Part shown: piece by piece, positions 49,851-59,403 of the stretch | Layout of the letters: the number at the start of each line of letters is the position of its first letter | Position numbering within the stretch: position 1 is the first letter of the stretch | Origin: Pirellulales bacterium | Lineage (GTDB): Bacteria; Planctomycetota; Planctomycetia; Pirellulales; JBBRCE01 | Reading direction: 5' to 3' | Assembly (NCBI GenBank): GCA_038205115.1 | Contig: JBBRCE010000022.1 | Span: 7,338 to 71,337 of the forward strand | Length of the DNA stretch: 64,000 nt | Translations under genes and position numbers: made by a program | The notes under the pieces: generated by a model | The model's database searches: none | What the model saw: the letters and a program-made list of their open reading frames with translations, nothing else | Told to the model about the DNA's origin: nothing

Positions 49851-50300
49851 TGGTATCTCCTGCTACCTGTTCACGTCTCAAAAGCTGTGAACCGCCTCTC
49901 ATCGTAGGCGCTTTGGATTCGATTAGCAACGATTTCAATAAAATTTTTTTGAAGCCAAAATTCTTCATTCTCTGGCCGGCCCTGGGCGGCTAACCATCGC
50001 CTGCTGCAAAGGCAGTGCTAGCAATAGGTTACCGAAATCTGCTAGCGGCCTTATTTCAGGCATACTTCGTGCAATCGGTACGGATAACTCGCGTTCTTTC
50101 GACTGCCAATGGCGGTGAGCTAAGCTTGCGCGTGCTGCCCGGTTCCGATTGCTAGCTGAACCAGTGAGACAGGCGGTGCCGGCGAAGGTTCGGCCACCAT
50201 TGCTACTGCCATCTGCACTGCGAACCCTTGGCCTGTCGCCACAGGCAAAAGCGGAGTGGCGATTACAAAAACTTGACACGTCGATCAGGATTGTCTTCCA

Positions 50301-50921
50301 ATGCGCCGATTATGCTGGTCCAAAAACGTCAAAACGCTGATGGCTGCGGTACTATTTTGGGCGTCGACCACATTGGCTGCCGAATCAGGTTTTAAGGCAC
50401 TGCCAGACTGGAGCCGCGTGGAGAAGTTGTTTCTCACCACGTCCGGCGCGCAACCGGTAGCCATTTTGTCGCAAGGCGACGTACTGCCGTTTTTTGAGCA
50501 ATTGAAAAAAATGGGTTGGAATGTCAGGGATCGCGCGGCCATTATCGATGCGATGTTGCCAGACGGCGACCCGCTGGTCAGCGAACTGCGCTCCACGCAG
50601 GGCAAGGCGTTATCTGCGCAAATCCAAAGCTTGCCCGGCGTCTACGACAAACTCGATCGACTAGCCCGTTTGCCCAACGGCACGCAAACGCTTCACGATT
50701 TGACTCGCGCCAAAGATGCATTCAAGTTGCTGGAGTTCTTGACCAGCGCCAAAGGCGCAGCCCAATTGAGCACGATGCTGCCAAAAAACGCCAAAGATGA
50801 CTTCAATTTGCCCACCGGCCACCTCTACACGCCCGAACAGTTTTTAACGCGCGTCAAAAAGAGTCATGAAGAAGCGGCCGGCAAGCTCTCGCAATTCAAG
50901 CCAAACGCCAAGAAGCGCTAA
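50301..50921 (+). CDS. secreted helical protein, function unknown
   Basis: ATG start and signal peptide MRRLCWSKNVKTLMAAVLFWASTTLAAE. No recognisable motif. Confidence 0.55.
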   Translation: MRRLCWSKNVKTLMAAVLFWASTTLAAESGFKALPDWSRVEKLFLTTSGAQPVAILSQGDVLPFFEQLKKMGWNVRDRAAIIDAMLPDGDPLVSELRSTQGKALSAQIQSLPGVYDKLDRLARLPNGTQTLHDLTRAKDAFKLLEFLTSAKGAAQLSTMLPKNAKDDFNLPTGHLYTPEQFLTRVKKSHEEAAGKLSQFKPNAKKR

Positions 50922-51028
50922 AGTGCCGTGATGTTCGCCCCGAGTCGGCCCAGCCGAGCGAAACTCACCGCGTTCAGACAACCTGCGGAGACGATGCGTT
51001 CCTCTAGAAGAAGATTCGAACTCGGGAT

Positions 51029-52441
51029 ATGGCAAAGTCAGAACTGATCGACGCGTCGACCGCCCTACCCTCCGGCGCGATGCCAACGTTTTCCGATATC
51101 CAAACGCGGCAGCAGTCGGCGTTGGCCGCCATGGGCCGCATGGCCGCCACGCATTCCGACGGCATGCGATTGATTCGCGACGGCGCGGCTCTCGTGGCAG
51201 AAAGCATGGACGCCGACTTCTACCTGGTTTCGCAAATCGATACCGAAGAAAACTCGCTCGTCCATCAGTTGGGCGTCAATACCCGCACGCGACATCCCGA
51301 CGAGCATCCGCAGGAATATCGGACCTCGCGGTTGCGATCTTCGTCGCTGGCCGGCTATTCCATGGAAGTCCGCCAACCGCTGGTCATTGACGATTTGCCA
51401 GCCGACGCGCGCACTGACGATCTGTTTCTGCGTTCCAAGGGCATCCGCAGCGCACTGGTCCAGCCGCTGGAATATCAAAAGCAACCCGTGGGCGCCATTG
51501 CGGTACTCAATCGCAAACCGCTGCAATTTTCCGCGCATGATGTGCTGTTTATCGAAATGATCGCCAACCAGGTGATCTTGTCGATCGGTCGCGAGCGATC
51601 CGAACGCGCGCTGGCCGCCGAGCAGCGGTTTACGGCCACGTTGATGGAAGCGGTCGAAGCCCTGGTGCTGGTGCTCGACGATTCCGGACGGATCGTTCGC
51701 ATCAACGGCGCGTGCCAACCCATTACCGGCTTCACGCAGCGCGACGCCGTGGCGCGATCGTTTTGCAGCACGCTGCTCGTGCCCGAAGAAGCTTCGACCG
51801 TTCGTGCATATCTCAACAGTTTACAGGCCGAGGCCGATTCCGTTGACTTCGAAAGTTTCATTCTGACCCGCGGCGGTGTGCGCCGACGCATTGCCTGGTC
51901 GTTTGCGCGTTACTGCGAAGACGACGATTTCAAATTGATTGGTACCGGCATTGATGTCACTGACTTGCGACAATCGCAAATCGAACTGCAGCAAATGCAG
52001 CACGTCGCCAGCGAGTCGACGCGGCAACTCAACGATCTGCTCGCAAAAATCAATCGCGGTCAAATACCCAAAACCGGCCATTTGCAAGCCAGCCATTTCG
52101 AGCAGCCGTTTCAAGCTTTGCCGGATGGTCCTCATGGCGAACGACGGCTACAGCCGCGGCGATCCTACCCGTACGTGCAGTTAATGGCGCCACTGCCAGA
52201 CAACCAATTGTTGCCAGATCGGTCGGACTTACGGGAAATTCGTTGTCGGGAAATTACCGGTGGCGGCTTTTCGTACCTGTCGGCCGAAATGCCGGATTAC
52301 GAATCGATTGTGGTTGCCTTCGGCATTGCTCCCGCGCTGACTTACGTGACCGCCCGCATTGTGCATGCCACGCCCATCGATCACGATGGCCAGACCGCGT
52401 TTGCCGTGGGCTGCGTTTACACCGGACGCGCGAAGTACTGA
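51029..52441 (+). CDS. GAF-PAS-PilZ domain protein (paralog 2)
   Basis: Same architecture as 45147..46583. The PilZ-like C-terminus has RLQPR (RxxxR) but a variant second motif EITGGG. Alignable blocks include AVGCVY vs LVGCEF and GGGFSYLS vs TGGISFFM. Confidence 0.75.
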   Translation: MAKSELIDASTALPSGAMPTFSDIQTRQQSALAAMGRMAATHSDGMRLIRDGAALVAESMDADFYLVSQIDTEENSLVHQLGVNTRTRHPDEHPQEYRTSRLRSSSLAGYSMEVRQPLVIDDLPADARTDDLFLRSKGIRSALVQPLEYQKQPVGAIAVLNRKPLQFSAHDVLFIEMIANQVILSIGRERSERALAAEQRFTATLMEAVEALVLVLDDSGRIVRINGACQPITGFTQRDAVARSFCSTLLVPEEASTVRAYLNSLQAEADSVDFESFILTRGGVRRRIAWSFARYCEDDDFKLIGTGIDVTDLRQSQIELQQMQHVASESTRQLNDLLAKINRGQIPKTGHLQASHFEQPFQALPDGPHGERRLQPRRSYPYVQLMAPLPDNQLLPDRSDLREIRCREITGGGFSYLSAEMPDYESIVVAFGIAPALTYVTARIVHATPIDHDGQTAFAVGCVYTGRAKY

Positions 52442-52621
52442 TCCGCGCCGCGAACTTTGAGCACTCGGTTTTCGACAACGGGTTGCCTGCTGAACGCCGG
52501 ACGTTAATTTTTGCCGGCGGTTTTCATCGCGCGGCTGTTCAGCGGCACGACGGTTATTTAGAATCGGATGCAAGCAGACTGTCTATTTGCTGCGTCGAAT
52601 CTCTTGCCCTCCGGAGTTGCG

Positions 52622-54526
52622 ATGAATCGTTTGTCGAGCTTATGCCTGGCGTTTCTGCTGGGTACCCTGGTCAGTCTCAACTCTTCGATCTTGGCGGCCG
52701 AAAAAATCGAACGGCCGAATATCCTTTGGCTGGTGAGCGAAGACAATAATCCCTACCTGGGCTGCTACGGCGATCCCATGGCTTACACGCCTACGCTCGA
52801 TCAGTTGGCAAAAGACGGCGTGCTGTATGAACGCTGCTTTGCGCAACCCGTCTGTGCTCCGGCGCGTTTTGCGCTCATCACTGGCATGTTTGCCGTCACG
52901 GCCGGACCGGCTGAACACATGCGCGCCAAAGGCAAAATTCCGGCTTGGCTCAAGGGCTTTCCGGCGCTGTTACGCGAGGCCGGCTACTACACCTGCAACA
53001 ACGCCAAGACCGATTACAACTCGCCCATCAGTATTGAAGAAGCTTGGAACCAATGCGATCGGCAAGCCCATTGGCGCAAACGCGGCGCGGCCAACAAGCC
53101 GTTTTTTAGCGTCTTCAATCACGAAGTCACGCACGAAAGTTGTATGTTCCCCGTAAAAGAACTGCCCTTGAAGCGGGCCGCCATCGATCCGGCCACCGTC
53201 CGCGTTCCGCCGTATATGCCCGATACACCGGAAGTTCGAGCCGATATTGCGCGCTACTACGATTACATGACACTGCTGGACACGCAACTTGCCGCCAAGC
53301 TCAAAGACCTGCGTGACGAGGGCCAGGCCGATAATACCATTGTTTTCTATTACGGAGACAACGGTGGCGTGCTGCCGCGCAGCAAACGCTGCCTGCAACA
53401 GAGCGGAACACATGTTCCCCTGATCGTCTACTTTCCGCCAAAGTGGCAACATCTGGCGCCTGCCGCGCCAGGCTCGCGGATCAAAGATCCCGTTTGCTTT
53501 ACCGATTTTGCGCCGACCGTGCTTTCACTCGCCGGTGTAAAAATTCCCGACTACATGCAAGGCCATGCTTTTGCCGGAAAAGCCAAGGCCGCGCCCAATG
53601 AAGTCGTGTTCTGCTCTCGCGACCGCATGGACGAGCGCTACGATATGATACGCTCTGCCATGGACCAGCGCTGGCTATACATCCACAATTTTCGGCCCGA
53701 CCTGCCCTACCAGCAGCGATTGGACTATCAATTTCAAGCGCGCGGTTATCAATCGTGGGCGCGCATGGCAGCCGAAGGCAAACTCACCCCGGCCACCGCT
53801 CAGTTCTGGGGCGTCAAGCCGACCGAAGAACTCTACGACATGCAGACGGATCCGGACAACGTCAAGAATCTGGCCTCCGATCCCAAGCACGCAGAAACAC
53901 TCGTGCGACTGAGGGCAGCGATGAAAAAACAAGCCATAGCCGTCGTCGACAACGGCTTTGTGCCAGAAGGCTCGGCAATTGAAGGCTACGACGCCTCGCG
54001 CAAGCCCAACGCATTTCCGGTCGAGCGCGTGTACGATCTCGCTAGCCTGGCCTCGCAGCGAAATCCGGCCAATTTGCCGACGCTGATCAAATCGCTGAGC
54101 GATGAAAACGAAGCCATCCGCTGGTGGGCCGCCCAAGGCTGCACCATGCTCGGTGAAAAAGCGGGCGACGCGACGGACGAACTCAAGAAGCGAATGGAAG
54201 ATTCATCGGGAGCGGTGCAAATCGCGGCGGCCGAGGCACTGGCCGCTCAGGGCAAGGCTGACTTGGCCTTGCCCCTGCTCGATGATTGGCTCACTAAAGA
54301 AGATCAGCCATTTTTTGGGCTACAGGCAGCGAACGTCTTGGATCGCATGGGCGAACGAGCAAAACCGGCTCTCCCGAACATCAAAAAATTGCTTAAGTCA
54401 ACCGCCAAGGTTCCGGGAGCAAACAGTCCTCGCGCCTATTCACAGCGAATTCTGGAGCGCGTAACTGATGTTCTGGAGGGTCACCAACCGGCAATGGTGT
54501 ATCCGGTGTTCGAATCGAATCGCTAG
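52622..54526 (+). CDS. sulfatase (formylglycine-dependent) with C-terminal HEAT-repeat extension
   Basis: ORF trimmed to MNRLSSLCLAFLLGTLVS (signal peptide). PNILWLVSEDNNPYLGCYGD and the CAPAR (CxPxR) motif are present. The last ~170 aa are HEAT-like (NEAIRWWAAQGCTMLG, VQIAAAEALAAQG, LQAANVLDRMG). Confidence 0.85.
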   Translation: MNRLSSLCLAFLLGTLVSLNSSILAAEKIERPNILWLVSEDNNPYLGCYGDPMAYTPTLDQLAKDGVLYERCFAQPVCAPARFALITGMFAVTAGPAEHMRAKGKIPAWLKGFPALLREAGYYTCNNAKTDYNSPISIEEAWNQCDRQAHWRKRGAANKPFFSVFNHEVTHESCMFPVKELPLKRAAIDPATVRVPPYMPDTPEVRADIARYYDYMTLLDTQLAAKLKDLRDEGQADNTIVFYYGDNGGVLPRSKRCLQQSGTHVPLIVYFPPKWQHLAPAAPGSRIKDPVCFTDFAPTVLSLAGVKIPDYMQGHAFAGKAKAAPNEVVFCSRDRMDERYDMIRSAMDQRWLYIHNFRPDLPYQQRLDYQFQARGYQSWARMAAEGKLTPATAQFWGVKPTEELYDMQTDPDNVKNLASDPKHAETLVRLRAAMKKQAIAVVDNGFVPEGSAIEGYDASRKPNAFPVERVYDLASLASQRNPANLPTLIKSLSDENEAIRWWAAQGCTMLGEKAGDATDELKKRMEDSSGAVQIAAAEALAAQGKADLALPLLDDWLTKEDQPFFGLQAANVLDRMGERAKPALPNIKKLLKSTAKVPGANSPRAYSQRILERVTDVLEGHQPAMVYPVFESNR

Positions 54527-54573
54527 CGGGAACATGCCATTCGCTTCATACTAACGAGTGTACGCGAGCTCAA

Positions 54574-54909
54574 CTAGCGTGCGCGGCGAGCAACCAGCGG
54601 GAGCTGTCCGCCAGCCTTAAAACGCGGGCCAGTCGGCAACTTGGGGGCGACCGTCTGCGCGATGGCAGTAGCCGAAACCGCATTACCACGCGGTGAGATT
54701 GCCGCAGCAACCAACTCCATTTCGCGAGTGGTCGCGATAGGCGTAACAACTGTCTCTTCTTGCAGTGCCAGTTCAGCCCGTAAGATACGAACATCACTCG
54801 GGGCACTGAAGGCCAGCGTTACACGATCGCCAGCGACACGGTTGATGACGACACGAATGTTGCCGTCGATCACGATCTCTTCACCCACTTTGCGGCTGAG
54901 TACTAACAT
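54574..54909 (-). CDS. csrA: carbon storage regulator CsrA with ~45-aa C-terminal extension
   Basis: ORF trimmed to MLVLSRKVGEEIVIDGNIRVVINRVAGDRVTLAFSAPSDVRILRAEL, with GGAGGA 6-7 nt upstream. The product is 111 aa against the usual 60-75 aa. Confidence 0.85.
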   Translation of the reverse strand: MLVLSRKVGEEIVIDGNIRVVINRVAGDRVTLAFSAPSDVRILRAELALQEETVVTPIATTREMELVAAAISPRGNAVSATAIAQTVAPKLPTGPRFKAGGQLPLVARRAR

Positions 54910-56045
54910 CTTTTCATCCTCCATGATTAGAGATTGTCTTGAGCAGTCATTCTGACGTTGCTCTTTGATGCATGACTTGGGAGCACTTGATGCGCCGGAA
55001 CTTGAGCGATTTTTCTAAAAATGGTGACAATCGTCGCAACCCTCGATCCGGTAATGCAATAAATTCAGTCGAGCAATTTCAAAGGTCTGCAACGCAAAAA
55101 TGCTAGCGGCGATTTAGTGTCCCAAGATGAGTGCCGAATCTAATATTGAGACCTCAATTTGATACACCTCTAGCTCGCAATCGCTAGCAAAATCAGATTG
55201 CCGACGCTTGCTTTGCCGCCGCATGAAACGCAATCTGTAGGCAGCTACCAACGGCGCGATGCGAAGAGCATCGCGAGAGATGTCTATCGGGGATAATGCG
55301 GAAAGAACTACCGCCACGCGTGCTGCGACGGGTCCACAAGCTCAGTTCACTTCGAGTAAGAGCGTCTCTGACAAAGCGTTTGGCTCGAGGAAACCGGCCT
55401 ATTCGAAGACGATTAGAATGTCGCGGATAGATCGCGACACTCGCAGCAAAATTCAAGATGTTGGCTTTCGCGAAATACGTCTCAACGAGCAAAGCTGGAT
55501 TTCATTCACGAGCACTAACCAGGGCGATCAATCCATAGCGCACACTATCCCCGCTTTCCGTTAGTTAGCAAACTGACGCCTCAAGTTGGCAAGACGTTAG
55601 TAATCCTAAGTTTGCTAGCGAAAGTTTGCGCGTTCCGCGATGGTCGATTTCGGAGCAGTTCGGCAACTTGAATGGTCGGTTGCAAATCAACCAGTGTGGT
55701 CGTTGTCCGACCATAGCTCGACCGCCAACGGCGCGTTAAACGACCATGTCTGATTGCGCGATTTCTGCAACTCGGATAGTATTGTCCTTCAAATCGTTAA
55801 CAGCTTCGGCTTGCAACGTGTCGGAGTGAAAGCTAGCAACGATTTGGCGAGCGTCGTCGATCAACGACGAACGCAGCTAGCGCTTATGTGCAAGCAAGAT
55901 TGATGCCAGCATTTCCGAGCGGCTAGAATGGCAGCGACTCTAGCGAACTGCGGCATGACGTTCGCCGGCGGTGGAAGACGCCGCACTTCACAAACATCAC
56001 GAAACCCGAGCCGCCGCTGGTACTATCCGAGGAAGCCCATTCCGT

Positions 56046-57143
56046 ATGCTGCCCGCCGCACCGACCCACATCAAACCTCGCTGCCGTTGGTATCAGTACC
56101 GCTTGCGGACGATGCTAATTACACTGACCTTGATCTGCGGGATTCTAGCGGCCGTCGCCAATTTCATCGTCCGTCCCGCGCAGCGGCAAAGAATGGCGGT
56201 CGAACGAATCCGTCAAAGCCACGGGATTGCCTGCTACCCTGAACATCCGGTTCAGCGCGGGTGGCTTGTGCAACAGTTGCAAAAATGGCTCGGGCGCGAT
56301 TATTTCGAATCGGTCTACATGGTTCGCTGTTACGACGGAAGTCAAGTCGACGACGACACGCTGGCCGCCGTCGGAGAGTTAATGTCAGTGGAGTGGGTCC
56401 ATTTAAAATCGAATCGGATTACCGATCGCGGTATTGCCAACTTGAGTAAGCTCTCGCAATTGCAAGGCTTGTCACTCCGCCAGACCCAAGTCACTGACGT
56501 CGGACTTTCCCAGTTACGAAAATGCACTCGATTGGAGACGCTGAACGTCACCGGTTCAGCGATGACCGACGATGGCCTGGCGTACATCAGCGAGTTGAGA
56601 GAACTTGAAGACTTAAGCATTTCTGGTCAGGGAATTACCGATCGTGGAATGTTACATTTGAAAAAGCTGGCCAAACTGAAAACTCTGCGGATCGACGATA
56701 CGCAGATCACGGGATGCGGTCTAATATGCCTACGCGGCCTGCCGAACCTCGAAGAATTGACTCTTACCAACAATCAAATCGACGACGAGGGATTGACGAG
56801 TCTGGCCGATTTGCCGAAGCTTGGCAGCTTAACGCTGGGCAGCAAACGGATTACCGATCTCGGCATGGTAAAAATCAGTTCGCTGAAGAAACTGCAATCT
56901 CTGAACTTAGACTCGACCTCGATCACCGATCGAGGGTTGGCTGAGTTGCAAATTCTGGGTGAACTGGAAACGCTCAGTATCGAAGACACTGCAATCACTG
57001 ATACTGGCCTGTTAAGCCTGGTTCAATTTCCACGACTGAAATCGGTTTGGGCGTTCGGTACGCGAATCACCGACGCAGGCGTAGCCGAATTCGAAAAACG
57101 TTGCCCGGCGGTTAGCATTGGGCGATCGCTGGTTGTAAGTTAG
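56046..57143 (+). CDS. leucine-rich repeat protein (RNI-like LRRs) with N-terminal membrane anchor
   Basis: ORF trimmed to MLPAAPTHIKPRCRWYQYRLRTMLITLTLICGILAAV. About 11 LRR units of ~24-25 aa (L-x-L-x-x-T-x-ITD-x-GL). The coding sequence is visibly low in GC. Confidence 0.75.
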   Translation: MLPAAPTHIKPRCRWYQYRLRTMLITLTLICGILAAVANFIVRPAQRQRMAVERIRQSHGIACYPEHPVQRGWLVQQLQKWLGRDYFESVYMVRCYDGSQVDDDTLAAVGELMSVEWVHLKSNRITDRGIANLSKLSQLQGLSLRQTQVTDVGLSQLRKCTRLETLNVTGSAMTDDGLAYISELRELEDLSISGQGITDRGMLHLKKLAKLKTLRIDDTQITGCGLICLRGLPNLEELTLTNNQIDDEGLTSLADLPKLGSLTLGSKRITDLGMVKISSLKKLQSLNLDSTSITDRGLAELQILGELETLSIEDTAITDTGLLSLVQFPRLKSVWAFGTRITDAGVAEFEKRCPAVSIGRSLVVS

Positions 57144-57260
57144 GGTTTGCGGCTTGAGCCGACTTGTTCATTCGCGTCGTCTCGACGTTCCCTCACCCTC
57201 GTACCCGCACTTCACCGGCGCGGTGACAAGATTCGTTGCCGCACCGCTATCAGCCGTCGG

Positions 57261-58058
57261 CTAGTACGCCGCGCCGGCCGAGCGCGGTTGATCAGGCCGA
57301 AGCGCCACGAGAAACTCCTTGGCTTTCTCGCTCATCATCCGCAGTTCGCTGCCCACGGCCAAGAACTGCATGCCTTGGGCGGCACGGCGCAAGGCGGCGG
57401 CCGGTTCCATAACGTGCATGCCGGTGGGCGTGCCGGTTTTGCGGCCAGCGTCGATGATCTGTTGCAACGCTGTTTCGAACTGCGCGTCGGTGGCTTCGCT
57501 GCCGTCGGCCGCCCGCATGTTCGCTCGCAGATCGACCGGGCCAACGAAGATGGCATCCACGCCCGGCAGGCTGTAAATCGCCTCGGCATTGGCAATGCCT
57601 TGCGGGCTTTCGGTCTGCAGTACCACCAGAATCTCGTCGTTGGCGCGGGCGTAATATTCCGGGCCGCTGGCGTCGAAGTTGAGCGCGTGCATGCCACCGC
57701 CTAAACTGCGGTTGCCCTGCGGCGGATACTTGGCCGCGGCGATGATCGCCCGGGCTTGCTCAACCGTGTTGACCATGGGCGCAACGATACCCCAGGCGCC
57801 GGCGTCGAGCGCACGTTTAATCAAAAAGTGGTTGCCCTCGGGCACACGGGCCAGTGGCACGCCGCTGGCGTCGGCGATGGCGCCAAAAATGGCCGCGGCT
57901 TGCGACCAATCGATCGGTTGATGCTCCATATCGAGCGTCAGCCAATCAAAGCCCATGCGCGCCATCAAGCGCGACGCATACAGATCGCCCAGCGACAGCC
58001 AACTGCCAAACGTCGGTTGGCCTTGGCGAAGTTTGTGTTTGACGGGATTGGTTCGCAT
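57261..58058 (-). CDS. HpcH/HpaI-family aldolase
   Basis: ORF 57261..58472 trimmed to [43 protein letters not shown] and IFVGPVDL are family blocks. Confidence 0.8.
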   Translation of the reverse strand: MRTNPVKHKLRQGQPTFGSWLSLGDLYASRLMARMGFDWLTLDMEHQPIDWSQAAAIFGAIADASGVPLARVPEGNHFLIKRALDAGAWGIVAPMVNTVEQARAIIAAAKYPPQGNRSLGGGMHALNFDASGPEYYARANDEILVVLQTESPQGIANAEAIYSLPGVDAIFVGPVDLRANMRAADGSEATDAQFETALQQIIDAGRKTGTPTGMHVMEPAAALRRAAQGMQFLAVGSELRMMSEKAKEFLVALRPDQPRSAGAAY

Positions 58059-58176
58059 TGAGATTTGATTCCGCGCGAGGATCGAACGACAAAGTATCTC
58101 GGGGCGCGGATGTAGGTAATCATTTGGCCGCGGCGTCAACGTCGCAATTGATAACCAACGCCGCAAAACGTGTTGG

Positions 58177-59403
58177 TTACTTGGTGACGCGGACGTCCAC
58201 GTTATCGAACGAAACTTCACCCGTGGCGCCGAGCAAGCCGATGTGAATGATGCACTCGCGCGCCGAGATCGGCACGCGGATCTTTTCGACTTCTTTCTTC
58301 CATTCGAACGAGCCATGCCAGGGGCCGACGATTTCGTGCGGGCCAACTTGCTGACGGTTGTCGTCGTAGAACGTGACAGAAAGCATCGGCAATTCTTTAT
58401 TGCTTTGGCCGGGCAGCACGTTGGTGGCCTTGACGTAGGTGGAAAATTCCAACTCGTGAACTTTGCGACCATCCACCGCCAACCCTTGCAGCATGCGGCT
58501 GGCGCGACCGGGATCGCTGTTGGTGAATGTCACATATTGATTTCCGTTGGGTGAGCTTTTATCTTCCACCACTTTCATCTGTCGCTGGTAATACCAGCCG
58601 ACCGGTTCGCCCGACTTACCGGCCATCTCTTCGAAGCTGCCGTTATAAACCTTGGGATGCGCGGGGTCTGGCTTGACCACGCGCCCGCCTTCGGCCTCAC
58701 CGGTCATCGGCACGAACAGCGTGGGCCGCAAGGCTTCTGAAACCAGTTTGCCCTTTTCTTTTTTAAACAGGTAAATGATCTGCTGGTAGCGTTCGCCCAC
58801 CGGCACAATCATGCGGCCGCCTTCTTTAAGTTGCTCGACCAGCTTAGGCGGAACTTTTTCCGGCGAGCAGGTGACGATGATTTTGTCGAACGGCGCGAAT
58901 TCCGGCCAGCCTTGGTAGCCGTCGCCAATTTTCAAAGCGATGTTGGTGTATTTGAGTCGCTTGAGCGTGGCGTCGGCCTTTTTGCCCAGCGCTTCGACAA
59001 TTTCGATGCTGTAAACCTGCTTGACCAACGGGCTAAGGATGGCCGCCTGAAAGCCCGAACCGGTGCCAATCTCCAGCACTTTATCGTCTGGCTGCGGATC
59101 GAGTTGTTCGGTCATGAAAGCCACCACGAATGGCGCCGAGATGGTTTGCTTTTCGCCGATGGGCAGCGACATATCGTAATAAGATTGGCCGCGCAAGCTC
59201 GATTGCACGAATTCATGTCGCATAGTCTTGCGAAAGGCGGCAATTACGCGCTCGTTTTTGACGCCGCCGCCAATAATCTCGTCATCCACCATGCGATTGC
59301 GCATTTGCTCGTAGTTCAAAACCGGTTCGGCAGCCACGGCTGGTCCGGCAACGATCAAACCGGTCAAAAGAGCCAAAATTGCAAACCAAAAGCAACGTGT
59401 CAT
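58177..59403 (-). CDS. protein-L-isoaspartate O-methyltransferase domain fused to signal peptide/anchor and C-terminal jelly-roll (CBM-like) domain
   Basis: ORF trimmed to [31 protein letters not shown] blocks are [29 protein letters not shown] and IIVTCS. The C-terminal ~170 aa start with YNGSFEE...GWYY. Confidence 0.75.
   Translation of the reverse strand: MTRCFWFAILALLTGLIVAGPAVAAEPVLNYEQMRNRMVDDEIIGGGVKNERVIAAFRKTMRHEFVQSSLRGQSYYDMSLPIGEKQTISAPFVVAFMTEQLDPQPDDKVLEIGTGSGFQAAILSPLVKQVYSIEIVEALGKKADATLKRLKYTNIALKIGDGYQGWPEFAPFDKIIVTCSPEKVPPKLVEQLKEGGRMIVPVGERYQQIIYLFKKEKGKLVSEALRPTLFVPMTGEAEGGRVVKPDPAHPKVYNGSFEEMAGKSGEPVGWYYQRQMKVVEDKSSPNGNQYVTFTNSDPGRASRMLQGLAVDGRKVHELEFSTYVKATNVLPGQSNKELPMLSVTFYDDNRQQVGPHEIVGPWHGSFEWKKEVEKIRVPISARECIIHIGLLGATGEVSFDNVDVRVTK

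Noticed and set aside
49924-49935. The exact 12-mer TAGCAACGATTT is shared with 55835-55846.
   Set aside because: Many exact 12-mer coincidences are expected by chance in 64 kb on two strands. There is no extended similarity around the match.
55259-55564. A 101-aa ORF (and the overlapping minus-strand ORFs 55114..55317 and 55193..55492) in the csrA-LRR spacer.
   Set aside because: It has no hydrophobic core, uses rare AGA/AGG/ATA codons, and has no SD or recognisable motif. I treat it as non-coding pending expression data.
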